NCBI RefSeq assembly: GCF_964213995.1
Contig: NC_135830.1
Span: forward strand, 10,540,001-10,604,000
Reading direction: 5' to 3'
DNA length: 64,000 bases
Source of the DNA: Mustelus asterias
Lineage: Eukaryota
In this document: piece by piece, positions 24,108 to 36,404 of the stretch
How positions within the stretch are numbered: position 1 is the first letter of the stretch
How the letters are laid out: every line of letters starts with the position of its first letter
Notes under the pieces: model-generated
What the model was told of the DNA's origin: nothing
Seen by the model: the letters and a program-made list of their open reading frames with translations, nothing else
The model's database searches: none
Program-made: the position numbers and the translations under genes

Positions 24108-25479
24108 GTTACATCAGTGGTAGGGAAATTATCGGAGAGGATTCTTCGGGACAGGCTTTATTCCCACTTGGAAATAAGTGGACGTATTAGTGAGAGGCAA
24201 CATGGTTTTGTGACGGGGAGGTCGTGTCTCACAAACGTGATTGAGTTTTTCGAGGAAGTGATGAAGATGATTGATGAGGATAGGGCAGTGGATGTTGTCT
24301 ACATGGACTTCAGAAAGGCCTTGGACAAGGACCCTCATGGCAGACTGGTGTAGAAGGTGAAGTCGCATGGGATCAGAGGTGAGCTGGCAAGGTGGATACA
24401 AAACTGGCTCGGTCAAAGAAGACAGAGGGTAGCAATAGAAGGGTGCATTTCTGGATGGAGGGCTGTGACAAGTGGTGTTCCTCAGGGATCAGTGCTGGGA
24501 CCTTTGCTATTTGTAATGTATATAAATGATTTGGAGGAAAATGTAACTGGATTGATTGGTAAGTTTGCGGACAACACAAAGGTTGGTGGATTTGCAGATA
24601 GCGATGAGGACAATCAGAGGATACAGCAGGATATAGATCATTTGGAGGCTTAGGCAGAGAGATGGCAGATGGAGTTTAATCCGGACAAATGTGAGGTAAT
24701 GCATTTTGGAAGGTCTAATACAGATAGGAAATATACAGTAAATGGCAGAACCCTTTAGAGTTTTGATAGGCAAAGGGATCTGGGTGTACAGGTACACAGG
24801 TCACTGAAAGTGGCAATGCAGGTGGAGAAGGTAGTCAAGAAGGCATATGGCATGTTTGCCTTCATCGGCCAGGGTAGTGAGTTTAAAAATTGGCAAGTCA
24901 GGTTGCAGCTTTATGGAACCTTAGTTAGGCCGCACTTGGAATATAGTGTTCAATTCTGGTCTCCACACGACCAGAAGGATGTGTAGGCTTTGGAGAGGGT
25001 GCAGAAAAAATTTACCATGATGTTGCCTGGTATAGAGGGCATTAGTTATAAGGAGAGGTTGAAGAAACTTGGTTTGTTCTCAATGGAGCGATGGAGGTTG
25101 AGGGGAGACCTGATAGAAGTCTACAAGATTATGAGAGGCATGGACAGAGTGGATAGTCAGAAGCTTTTTCCCAGGGTGGAAGAGTCAATTACTAGGGGGC
25201 ATAGGTTTAAGGTGTGAGGGGCAATGTTTAAAGGAGATGTACGAGGCAGATTTTTTCCAGAGAGTGGTGGGTGCCTGGAACTCGTTGCCGGGGGAGGTAG
25301 TGGAAGCGGATACGGCAGTGACTTTTAAGGGGCGTCTTGACAAGTACATGAATAGGATTGGAATAGAGGGATATGGTCCCCGGAAGGGTAGGGGTTTTAG
25401 TTAAGTCAGGCAGCATGGTTGGTGCAGGCTTGGAGGGCCGAAGGGCCTGTTCCTGTGCTGTAATGTTCTTTGTTCTTAG
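24108..25479 (+). mobile_element. 5'-truncated CR1 (family E)
   Basis: RT motifs with several stops; TTCTTTG tail; interrupts the ZNF exon leader. Confidence 0.92.
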
Positions 25480-26650
25480 TAAACATCACATCAGAATCTG
25501 ATGGAGTCGCCCAATTTATCAAAACCTGAAATCATTGTGTTGTAAACATGGAAGGAGAAAGTACCATTCACAGTGGGGAGAAACCGTACGTGTGTTGTGT
25601 GTGTGGACGAGGCTTCATCTGACTGTAGAACCTGGAGAGAGACAAAGACACCCACACCATGGAGAAGCTGTGGAAATGTAAGGACTGTGGGAAGGGATTC
25701 AGTTACTCAGTTATGCTGGAAACTCATCAGTGCGTTCACACTGGGGAGAGACCATTTACCTGCACCGAGTGTGGGAAGGGATTCACTAATTCATCACATC
25801 TATTGAGACACCAACTAGTTCACACTGCGGAGAGACCTTTCAAATGCATGGACTGTGCGAAGTGCTACAAAAATTCTGGGGAACTGATACGTCATCAACA
25901 TGTTCACAATGACATGAGACCATTCAGGTGCTCTCATTGTGGGACTGGGTTCACACAATCATCTGACCTCATTGTACACCAGTGGATTCACACTGGGGAG
26001 AGGCCGTTCACCTGAAAAGAGTGTGGGAAGGGATTTGCTCAGATGTCCACTCTGCTGACATACCAGCTGATTTACACTGGGAAGAGACCATTCACCTGCC
26101 CTGAGTGTGGGAAGAGATTCATTAATTCATCCAACTTGCTGAGGCACCAACACGTTCACACTGGGGAGAGGCCATTCACTTGCACGGAGAGTGGGAAGGG
26201 ATTCACTAATTCATCCCATCTGCTGATGCACCAGCAAGTTCACACTGACGAGACTGAACTGCGGGAAGTGCAACAAAAGTTCTGGGGAACTGCTGTCCCA
26301 TCAACAAATCCACACTGACTAGAGATGATTCAAGTGTTGCCATTTTGGTCTGAGTTTAGGGAATCTCATCTCATTATACACCAGTGCATTGAAACTGAGA
26401 AGAGAATGTTCACTCCCTCTGACTATGGGAAGGGAGTCATTCATTCGTCCCACCTGCTGAGTCAGAGTCATAGAGGTTTACAGCATGGAAACAGGCCCTT
26501 CGGCCCAACTTGTCCATGCCGCCCTTTTTTGTTAAACCTCAAAGCTAATCCCAATTGCCCGCATTTGGCACCTATCCCTCTCTACCCATCGTACCCATGT
26601 AACTATCTAAATGCTTTTTAAAAGATAAAATTGTACCCACCTCTACTACT

Positions 26651-29600
26651 AAGAACATAAGAACATAAGAAATAGGAGCAGGAGTAGGCCATCTAGCCCC
26701 TCGAGCCTGCCCCGCCATTCAATAAGATCATGGCTGATCTGACGTGGATCAGTACCACTTACCCGCCTGATCCCCATAACCCTTAATTCCCTTACCGATC
26801 AGGAATCCATCCATCCGCGCTTTAAACATATTCAGCGAGGTAGCCTCCACCACCTCAGTGGGCAGAGAATTCCAGAGATTCACCACCCTCTGGGAGAAGA
26901 AGTTCCTCCTCAACTCTGTCTTAAATCGACCCCCCTTTATTTTGAGGCTGTGTCCTCTAGTTTTAACTTCCTTACTAAGTGGAAAGAATCTCTCCGCCTC
27001 CACCCTATCCAGCCCCCGCATTATCTTATAAGTCTCCATAAGATCCCCCCTCATCCTTCTAAACTCCAACGAGTACAAACCCAATCTCCTCAGCCTCTCC
27101 TCATAATCCAAACCCCTCATCTCCGGTATCAACCTGGTGAACCTTCTCTGCACTCCCTCCAATGCCAATATATCCTTCCTCATATAAGGGGACCAATACT
27201 GCACACAGTATTCCAGCTGCGGCCTCACCAATGCCCTGTACAGGTGCATCAAGACATCCCTGCTTTTATATTCTATCCCCTTCGCAATATAGGCCAACGT
27301 CCCATTTGCCTTCTTGATCACCTGTTGTACCTGCAGACTGGGCTTTTGCGTCTCATGCACAAGGACCCCCAGGTCCCTTTGCACGGTAGCATGTTTTAAT
27401 TTGTTTCCATTGAGATAGTAATCCCATTTGTTATTATTTCCTCCAAAGTGTATAACCTCGCATTTCTCAACGTTATACTCCATTTGCCATATCCTCGCCC
27501 ACTCACTCAGCCTGTCCAAATCTCTCTGCAGATCTTCTCCGTCCTCCACACGATTCACTTTTCCACTTATCTTTGTGTCGTCTGCAAACTTCGTTACCCT
27601 ACACTCCGTCCCCTCCTCCAGATCATCTATATAAATGGTAAACAGTTGCGGCCCGAGTACCGATCCCTGCGGCACGCCACTAGTTACCTTCCTCCAACCG
27701 GAAAAACACCCATTTATTCCGACTCTTTGCTTCCTGTCGGATAGCCAGTCCCCAATCCACTTTAACACACTACCCCCAACTCCGTGTGCCCTAATCTTCT
27801 TCAGCAGCCTTTTATGGGGCACCTTATCAAACGCCTTTTGGAAATCCAAAAACACCGCATCCACCGGTTCTCCTCCATCAACCGCCCTAGTCACATCTTC
27901 ATAAAAATCCAACATGTTCGTCAAGCACGACTTTCCCCTCATGAATCCATGCTGCGTCTGATTGATCGAACCATTTCTATCCAGATGCCCTGCTATCTCC
28001 TCTTTAATAATGGATTCCAGCATTTTCCCTACTACAGACGTTAAGCTGACCGGCCTATAGTTACCCGCCTTTTGTCTCCTTCCTTTTTTAAACAGCGGCG
28101 TAACATTAGCCGCTTTCCAATCAACCGGCACTACCCCAGAATGCAACGAGTTTTGATAAATAATCACTAACGCATCCACTATTACCTCTGACATTTCTTT
28201 CAATACCCTGGGATGCATTCCATCCGGACCCGGGGACTTGTCCACCTTCAGTCCCATTAGTCTACCCAGCACTGCCTCTCTGGTAACATTAATCGTATTA
28301 AGTATTTCTCCTGCTGCCAACCCTCTATCGTTAATATTTGACAAACTATTTGTGTCCTCCACCGTGAAGACCGACACAAAAAACGTATTTAAAGACTCAG
28401 CCATATCCTCATTTCCCACTATTAACTCCCCCCTCTCGTCCTCCAAGGGTCCAACATTCACTCTAGCCACTCTATTCCTTTTTATATATTTATAAAAACT
28501 TTTACTATCATTTTTTATATTAATTGCTAGCCTAGCTTCATAGTCTATCCTTCCTTTCTTTATCGCTTTCTTAGTCTCTCTTTGTTGTTTCTTAAATTTT
28601 TCCCAATCACTTGTTTCTCCACTATTTTTGGCCACTCTGTACGCAGCTGTTTTTATTTTAATACTCTCCTTTATTTCCTTCGTTATCCACGGCTGGTTCT
28701 CCCTTTTCTTACAATCCTTGTTTTTTGCTGGAATATATTTTTGCTGAGAACTGAAAAGGATCTCCTTAAAAATCCTCCACTGTTCCTCAGCTATCCTACC
28801 TGCCAGCCTGCTCTCCCAGTCTACCTTAGCCAATTCATCCCTCATCCTATCATATTTCCCTCTGTTCAAACAGAGGACACTGGTTTGAGACCAAACTTTC
28901 TCCTCTTCCATCTGAATCAGAAATTCGACCATATTGTGGTCACTAGACCCAAGAGGGTCCTTCACAATAAGATCCTTAATTCTACCTACCTCGTTACACA
29001 ATACCAGATCCAAAATAGCTCGTTCCCTTGTCGGTTCCGTAACATGCTGTTCAAGGAAACTATCCCGACAGCATTCTAAGAACTCTTCCTCCATTCCACC
29101 CTTACTGACTTGAGTCTGCCAGTCAATGTGCATGTTGAAGTCCCCCATGATTATTGCCGTTCCGTTTTTACACGCATCCCTTATCTGCTTGTTTATAGCC
29201 CTCCCTACCTCAACATTATTATTTGGGGGCCTATATACCACACCTACTAGTGTCTTTCTCCCTCTACTATTCCTCATCTCTACCCATAATGATTCCACGT
29301 TTTGTTCCTCAGAGCCTATGTCATCCCTCAGTACTACCCTGATATTATCTCTTATTAATAGCGCGACCCCACCACCTTTTCCTTCCTGTCTATTCTTCCT
29401 AAACGCCTGATACCCCTGGATATTCATCTCCCAGTCCTGGTCACCTTTCAGCCATGTTTCTGTAATGGCCACTAGATCGTACCCACTTGTGCTGATTTGC
29501 ACCATCAACTCATTCACCTTGTTCCGAATGCTTCGTGCATTCAGGCAAAGTGTCCTTATTCCAGCTTTTATCTGGACCCGCTTTGATGAGTCGCGAACAC

Positions 29601-30165
29601 CCTCTCCCTCTACTCCCTTATCTAAATTACCGCCTTCATTCACTTGCACCCTCTCCTCTACCATTAATTTTGTAATTCCCCTTACCCCTGCATCCTCCCC
29701 CCCATCAATTAGTTCCTTGATCCTAGTCAACTCTTCTAGCTCCCCTCCCCCCAACCTATCTAGTTTAAATTCTCCCCAGTAGCCTTAGCCAACCTACCGG
29801 CCAGGATATTGGTCCCCGTGTGATTCAAGTTCCACCCGTTTTTTGTATACAGATCACCCCTGCCGCTAAAGAGGTCCCAATGGTCCAGGAACCTGAATCC
29901 CTGCCCCCTGCACCACTCCCTCAGCCACACATTCATCCTCCACCTCACTCCATTCCTGCCCTCACCTTCCCGTGGCACAGGCAGTAATCCTGAGATTACT
30001 ACCTTTGCTTTCCTCTTTCTCAGCTGTCTCCCTAATTCCCTGTACTCCCTTTTCATGACCCCTTCTCCCTTCCTACCCACATCAGCGGTACCAATATGTA
30101 CCGCTACCTCAGGCTTCTCTCCCTCCCACCTCAGGATTTCCGGGACCCGACTAGCGACATCCTGG
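26651..30165 (-). mobile_element. CR1 family B element: ORF1 3' half and intact ORF2
   Basis: (TTCTTATG)n tail at 26651; 5'-truncated within the ORF1 esterase (HIGTAD); CTGG microhomology at the 5' junction. Confidence 0.95.
26749..29769 (-). CDS. CR1 ORF2 (APE endonuclease + reverse transcriptase), uninterrupted, ~1000 aa
   Basis: LNARS, ITETW, GGGVA, YRPP, GDFN, SDH endonuclease motifs; [27 protein letters not shown] motifs; no stops. Confidence 0.93.
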   Translation of the reverse strand, partial: FKLDRLGGGELEELTRIKELIDGGEDAGVRGITKLMVEERVQVNEGGNLDKGVEGEGVRDSSKRVQIKAGIRTLCLNARSIRNKVNELMVQISTSGYDLVAITETWLKGDQDWEMNIQGYQAFRKNRQEGKGGGVALLIRDNIRVVLRDDIGSEEQNVESLWVEMRNSRGRKTLVGVVYRPPNNNVEVGRAINKQIRDACKNGTAIIMGDFNMHIDWQTQVSKGGMEEEFLECCRDSFLEQHVTEPTRERAILDLVLCNEVGRIKDLIVKDPLGSSDHNMVEFLIQMEEEKVWSQTSVLCLNRGKYDRMRDELAKVDWESRLAGRIAEEQWRIFKEILFSSQQKYIPAKNKDCKKRENQPWITKEIKESIKIKTAAYRVAKNSGETSDWEKFKKQQRETKKAIKKGRIDYEARLAINIKNDSKSFYKYIKRNRVARVNVGPLEDERGELIVGNEDMAESLNTFFVSVFTVEDTNSLSNINDRGLAAGEILNTINVTREAVLGRLMGLKVDKSPGPDGMHPRVLKEMSEVIVDALVIIYQNSLHSGVVPVDWKAANVTPLFKKGRRQKAGNYRPVSLTSVVGKMLESIIKEEIAGHLDRNGSINQTQHGFMRGKSCLTNMLDFYEDVTRAVDGGEPVDAVFLDFQKAFDKVPHKRLLKKIRAHGVGGSVLKWIGDWLSDRKQRVGINGCFSGWRKVTSGVPQGSVLGPQLFTIYIDDLEEGTECRVTKFADDTKISGKVNRVEDGEDLQRDLDRLSEWARIWQMEYNVEKCEVIHFGGNNNKWDYYLNGNKLKHATVQRDLGVLVHETQKPSLQVQQVIKKANGTLAYIAKGIEYKSRDVLMHLYRALVRPQLEYCVQYWSPYMRKDILALEGVQRRFTRLIPEMRGLDYEERLRRLGLYSLEFRRMRGDLMETYKIMRGLDRVEAERFFPLSKEVKTRGHSLKIKGGRFKTELRRNFFSQRVVNLWNSLPTEVVEATSLNMFKARMDGFLIGKGIKGYGDQAGKWY

Positions 30166-31496
30166 TAGCTTGTTCCAGACACTCACCACCCTCTGTGTGA
30201 AAAAATTGCCCCACTGGACACTTTTGTATCTCTCCCCTTAAACCTATGCCCTCTAGTTTTAGACTCCCCTACCTTTGGGAAAATATATTGACTATCTACC
30301 TTGTCTATGCCCCTCATTATTTTATAGACTTCTATAAGGTCACCCCTCAGCCTCCTACGCTCCAGAGAAAAAAGTCCCAGTCTATTCAGCCTCTCCTTAT
30401 AACTCAATCCATCAAGTCCCGGTAGCATCCGAGTAAATCTTTTCTGCACTCTTTCTAGTTTAATAATATCGTTTCTATAATAGGGTGACCAGAATTGCAC
30501 ACAGTATTCCAAGTGTGGCCTTAGCAATGTCTTGTACAACTTCAAAAAGACGTCCCAACTCCTGTATTCAATGTTCTGACCGATGAAACCAAACGTGCCG
30601 AATGCCTTCTTCACCACTCTGTCCATCTGTGACTCAACTTTCAAGGAGCTATGAACATGTACCCCTCGATCTCTTTGTTCTGTAACTCCCCAATGCCCTA
30701 CCATTAACTGAGTAAGTCCTGCCCTGGTTCAATCTACCAAAATGCATCACCTCGCATTTGTCTAAATTAAACTCCATCTGCCATTCGTCAGCCCACTGGC
30801 CCAATTGATCAAGATCCCGCTGCAATTGGAGATAACCTTCCTCACTGTCCACCATGCCAGCAATCTTGGTGTCATCTGCAAACTTACTAACCATGCCCCC
30901 TATATTCTCATCCAAATCATTAATATAAATGACAAATAACAGTGGGCCCAGCACTGATCCCTGAGGCACACCGCTGGTCACAGGCCTCCAGTTTGAAAAA
31001 CAACTCTCTCCAACTAACAGAAGCCAATTTTGTATCCATTTAGATACCTCAACCTGGATCCTGTGAGATTTAACTTTATGCAACAACCTACCATGCGGTA
31101 CCTTGTCAAAGGCCTTGCTAAAGTCCATGTAGACAACATCAACTGCACTGCCCTCATCTACCTTCTTGGTTACCCCTTCAAAAAACTCAATTAAATTTGT
31201 GAAACATGATTTTCCACTCACAAAGGCATGCTGACTGTCCCTAATCAGTCCTTGCATCTCTAAATGCCTGTAGATCCTGTCTCTCAAAATACCTTCCAAT
31301 AATTTACCCACCATAGATGTGAGGCTAACTGGCCTGTAGTTCCCAGGCTTTTCCCTGCAGCCCTTTTTAAACAAAGGCGCAACATTTGCCACCCTCCAAT
31401 CTTCAGGCACTTCACCTGTGACTATCGATCATTCAAATATTTTGGCTGGGGGACCCGCAATTTCCTCCCTAGCCTCCCACAACATCCTGGAATATA

Positions 31497-34400
31497 GAAC
31501 ATAGAACATAGAACAGTACAGCACAGAACAGGCCCTTCGGCCCACGACGTTGTGCCGAGCTTTATCTGAAACCAAGATCAAGCTATCCCACTCCCTATCA
31601 TCCTGGTGTGCTCCATGTGCCTATCCAATAACCGCTTAAATGTTCCTAAAGTGTCTGACTCCACTATCACTGCAGGCAGTCCATTCCACACCCCAACCAC
31701 TCTCTGCGTAAAGAACCTACCTCTGATATCCGTCCTGTATCTCCCACCACGAACCCTATAGTTATGCCCCCTTGTAATAGCTCCATCCACCCGAGGAAAT
31801 AGTCTTTGAACGTTCACTCTATCTATCCCCTTCATCATTTTATACACCTCTATTAAGTCTCCCCTCAGCCTCCTCCGCTCCAGAGAGAACAGCCCTAGCT
31901 CCCTCAACCTTTCCTCATATGACCTACCCTCCAAACCAGGCAGCATCCTGGTAAATCTCCTCTGAACTCTTTCCAGCGCTTCCACATCCTTCTTATAGTG
32001 AGGTGACCAGAACTGCACACAATATTCCAAATGTGGTCTCACCAAAGTCCTGTACAGTTGCAGCATAACCCCACGGCTCTTAAACTCCAACCCCCTGTTA
32101 ATAAAAGCTAACACACTATAGGCCTTCTTCACAGCTCTATCCACTTGAGTGGCAACCTTTAGAGATCTGTGGATATGGACCCCAAGATCTCTCTGTTCCT
32201 CCACAGTCTTCAGAACCCTACTTTTGACCCTGTAATCCACATTTAAATTAGTCCTACCAAAATGAATCACCTCACATTTATCAGGGTTAAACTCCATTTG
32301 CCATTTTTCAGCCCAGCTTTGCATCCTATCTATGTCTCTTTGCAGCCTACAACAGCCCTCCACCTCATCCACTACTCCACCAATCTTGGTGTCATCAGCA
32401 AATTTACTGATCCACCCTTCAGCCCCCTCCTCTAAGTCATTAATAAAAATCACAAAGAGCAGAGGACCAAGCACTGATCCCTGCGGCACACCGCTAGCAA
32501 CCTGCCTCCAATCCGAAAATTTTCCATCGACCACCACCCTCTGTCTTCGGTCAGACAGCCAGTTACCTATCCAATCGGCCAACTTTCCCTCTATCCCACA
32601 CCTCCTCACTTTCATCATAAGCCGACCATGGGGGACCTTATCAAACGCCTTACTAAAATCCATGTATATGACATCAACTGCCCTACCTTCATCAACACAC
32701 TTAGTTACCTCCTCAAAAAATTCTATCAAATTTGTGAGGCACGACTTGCCCTTCACGAATCCGTGCTGACTATCTCGGATTAATCCGCATCTTTCTAAAT
32801 GGTCGTAAATCCCATCCCTAAGGACCCTTTCCATCAATTTACCAACCACCGAAGTAAGACTAACCGGCCTATAATTACCAGGGTCATTTCTATTCCCTTT
32901 CTTAAACAGAGGAACAACATTCGCCATTCTCCAGTCCTCTGGCACCATCCCCGTGGACAGCGAGGACCCAAAGATCAACGCCAAAGGCTCTGCAATCTCA
33001 TCCCTTGCCTCCCACAGAATACTAGGATACATTTAATCAGGCACAGGGGACTTATCGACCTTCAGTTTATTCAAAACTGCCAAGACATCCTCCCTCCGAA
33101 CATCTATTTCCTCCAGCCTATTAGCCTGTAACACCTTCTCTTCCTCAAAAACATGGCCCCTCTCCTTGGTGAACACTGAAGAAAAGTATTCATTCATCAC
33201 CTCGCCTATCTCTACTGCCTCCATACACAAGTTCCCACTACTGTCCTTGACCGGCCCTAACCTCACCCTGGTCATTCTTTTATTCCTCACATAAGAGTAA
33301 AAAGCCTTGGGGTTTTCCTTGATCCGACCCGCCAAGGACTTCTCATGTCCCCTCCTAGCTCTCCAAAGCCCCTTTTTCAGCTCATTCCTTGCTAACTTGT
33401 AACCCTCAATCGAGCCATCTGAACCTTGTTTCCTCATCCCTACATAAGCTTCCCTCTTCCTTTTCACAAGACATTCCACCTCTTTCGTGAACCATGGTTC
33501 CCTCACTCGGCCATTTCCTCCCTGCCTGACAGGAACATACCTATCAAGGACATCCAGTATTTGTTCCTTGAAAAAGTTCCACTTTTCATTAGTTCCTTTC
33601 TCTGACAGTTTCTGTTCCCAACTTATGCTCCCTAATTCTTGCCTAATCGCATCATAATTACCCCTCCCCCAATTGTAAACCTTGCCCTGCCGTACGGCCC
33701 TATCCCTCTCCATTGCAATAACAAAAGACACCGAATTGTGGTCACTATCTCCAAATTGCTCTTCCACAACCAAATCTAACACTTGGCCCGGTTCATTTCC
33801 CAGTACCAAATCCAATGTGGCCTCACCTCCAGTCGGCCCATCCACATATTGTGTCAGGAAACCCTCCCGCACACACTGCACAAAAACTGCCCCATCCAAA
33901 CTATTTGACCTACAAAGGTTCCAATCAATATTTGGAAAGTTAAAGTCCCCCATGACAACTACCCTGTGACCCCCACACATATCCATAATCTGCTTAGCAA
34001 TTTCTTCCTCCACATCTCTATTACTATTTGGGGGCCTATAGTAAACTCCTAGCAACGTGACCACTCCTTTCCTATTTCTAACTTCAGCCCATATTACCTC
34101 AGTGTGCAGATCCCCCACGAAGTGCCTTTCCGCAGCCGTTAAACAATCCTTGATTAACAATGCCACTCCTCCACCTCTTTTACCAGCTTCCCTACACTTA
34201 GTGAAACATCTATACCCCGGAACGTCCAACAACCATTCCTGTCCTTGTTCTACCCACGTCTCCGTAATGGCCACAACATCGTAGTCCCAAGTACCAATCC
34301 ACGCCCCAAGTTCATCTACCTTGTTCCGGATGCTCCTTGCATTGAAGTAGACACACTTCAACCCACCTTCCTGTCTACCAGTACCCACCCTTGACCCTGA

Positions 34401-35531
34401 TACCTTCCCCAATACCTCACCACCCTCACTGACTTCTGGACTACAACTCCCTTTCCCACTCCCCTGACAAATTAGTTTAAACCCCCCTGAAGAGCCGTAA
34501 CAAATTTCCCTCCGAGGATATTGGTGCCCCTCTGGTTCAGGTGCACCCCGTCCTGTTTGTACAGGTCCCACCTTCCCCAGAACGTGTTCCAATTATCCAC
34601 GTATCTGAAACCCTCCCTCCTACACCATCCCTGCAACCACATATTTAACTGCACTCTCTCCCTGTTCCTCAACTCGCTATCACGTGGTACCGGCAACGTA
34701 CCAGAGATGACCACATGTTTCGTCTTGGCTCTCAGCTTCCAGCCCAGCTCCAGAAATTCCTGCTTTAAATCCCCGTCCCTTCTCTTACCTATGTCATTGG
34801 TACCAATGTGCACCACGACTTGTGACTGTTTCCCCTCCCCCTTCAGAATCTGGAAAACACGGTCTGAGACATCACGGACCTTGGCATCCGGTAGGCAACA
34901 TACCATCCGTGAGTCTCTTTTGCTGCCACAGAACCTCCTATCTATCCCTCTAACTAACGAGTCCCCAATAACTATCGCCCTCCCGCTCTCCCCCTTTCCC
35001 TCCCGAGCCACAGAGACGGACACAGTGCTGGAGATCCTCTCACTGCGGCTCCCCACTGGTATGTCATCCCCCTCAACCGTATCCAAAGCGGAATACTTGT
35101 TGCTAAGGGGAACGACCACCGGGGATCCCTGCACGGACTGCTTCCTCCCAGCCCCTCTCACCGTCACCCATCTGCTTTCAATCCTCGGAGTAACTGTATT
35201 CCTAAAGCTTGTGTCTATGGCCATCTCTGCGTCCCTGATGATCCTAAGTTCATCCAACTCCAGCTCCAGTTCCCTAACACGGTTTTGGAGGAGCTGCAGA
35301 TGGGTGCACTTCCCACAGGTGTAATCAGCAGGGACACTGTCGTCGTCCCTCACCTCAAACATAGTGCAAGAGGAACATTGCACTGCCTGCACACCCATCC
35401 CCTCTAGATACCTTGCCAGTACCAGGTAGAAAGTGCAAAAATGAATTCAACTCACCCCTGCTCGCCCTTTCAGCCTAAAACCTGTGAGCCAAAGTCTTAT
35501 AGCTCACACTCTGCTTCCCACACACTCCACT
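31497..35531 (-). mobile_element. Near full-length CR1 family C element (intact ORF1; ORF2 with one nonsense codon at 33033-33035)
   Basis: (TTCTATG)n tail; TSD GAATATA at 31490-31496 and 35532-35538; ORF2 pieces 33033-34592 and 31578-33032 are in the same frame. Confidence 0.95.
34472..35398 (-). CDS. CR1 ORF1: zinc finger/leucine zipper + SGNH esterase domain, 308 aa
   Basis: CSSC..CGKC, heptad LQNRVRELELELDEL, IVIGDSL, HIGTND, DGVHL. Confidence 0.92.
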   Translation of the reverse strand: MGVQAVQCSSCTMFEVRDDDSVPADYTCGKCTHLQLLQNRVRELELELDELRIIRDAEMAIDTSFRNTVTPRIESRWVTVRGAGRKQSVQGSPVVVPLSNKYSALDTVEGDDIPVGSRSERISSTVSVSVAREGKGESGRAIVIGDSLVRGIDRRFCGSKRDSRMVCCLPDAKVRDVSDRVFQILKGEGKQSQVVVHIGTNDIGKRRDGDLKQEFLELGWKLRAKTKHVVISGTLPVPRDSELRNRERVQLNMWLQGWCRREGFRYVDNWNTFWGRWDLYKQDGVHLNQRGTNILGGKFVTALQGGLN

Positions 35532-36404
35532 GAATATACCTCATCAGGTCCCGCAGATTTATCTACCTGAGACCCAGTGATTTCAGAAATAACTACATTG
35601 ATTGTATTTTACTTTTAATCACAGCCAGGACTGAATCATATTCTTTGGGGTCTGTTTCTACTGCTGATGATAAACTCCAGGCCAGTTGTATGTTTTTAAT
35701 CTTCTGGTTAAAAGTTAAATAAATCAGCTTTATGTTAAGCAGAGTGACAATCTTCTTGATATGTCTAGTATGTTAGGAATTTTTGAGGTGCTCTGCCCAT
35801 TCCCTCTTTCCTGCATCCTCACTTCCAATAACAAGTGTAAGCAGCTCATAGAGCTTCTTTAAGATCGAGAGCATCCAACGAACGACGTCTACTACCTTCA
35901 ATAGCCCACCAGAAAAAAATTGCCTCTAAAGTTCCTTGTTATCTGGGCCCTGAACCTGCATCTTCCTCTGGATTCTCTCGCTATTTAATTGGGACCATCA
36001 ATGATGGTGTTTTTACCCAGCATTCCCCATGGTTGAGAGTATCCCCTTTCCACGGCTCAGGAGAGCAGTGGGCAGGCCTGGTTCTGCCCTGTGTTTGGAG
36101 CATCCGCAGTGTCAGCCATGACTATGAACAGACATTTCTCTCTCGGATCCACGATGGGTAAAAGAGGGGATGGCGGGAGCAATGGATCTGGTGGGTGGCC
36201 GGAGATTCTCTGGAAACATATTGTGTAAACCTCAAACCCCAAATGAGACACAAGGGGAATTATCCCAGTGGCAAAGCTGGAGCAGGAGGAGAGAATGTTG
36301 TGAATTTCTATCCTGGATGGATTTTGGAAACTCCTTTTACTGGGGGTTAGAAGGGGAGGATTTACATGCAGCAATCTCAAACTAAAGAAAGGTTCATCTC
36401 TCCA

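Larger units (their letters stand above)
26462..35566 (-). mobile_element. CR1 family A host element (pieces 26462-26650, ~30162-31496, 35532-35566) carrying two nested CR1s
   Basis: The pieces join into a sequence colinear with the family A copy at 3650-5250; TSD CTGAG at 26457-26461 and 35567-35571. Confidence 0.88.
24064..35595 (+). pseudogene. C2H2 zinc-finger locus 5, split by CR1 insertions (pieces 24064-24107, 25480-26461, 35567-35595)
   Basis: Acceptor at 24063; ACCATGG at 25659; fingers with a premature TGA at 26013; last finger and family 3' UTR motif (AATCACA.CCAGGACTGAA) resume after 35567. Confidence 0.82.

Noticed and set aside
34440-34451. ACTACAACTCCC, resembling the ZNF143/THAP11 promoter motif, at the start of CR1 ORF2
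   Set aside because: Not fully kept in the sister copy and lies in coding sequence; a chance match cannot be excluded.
34521-35324. 267-aa ORF antisense to CR1 ORF1
   Set aside because: Split by a stop in the sister copy (45214-45513 and 45532-45954); no recognisable motifs; likely a shadow ORF.
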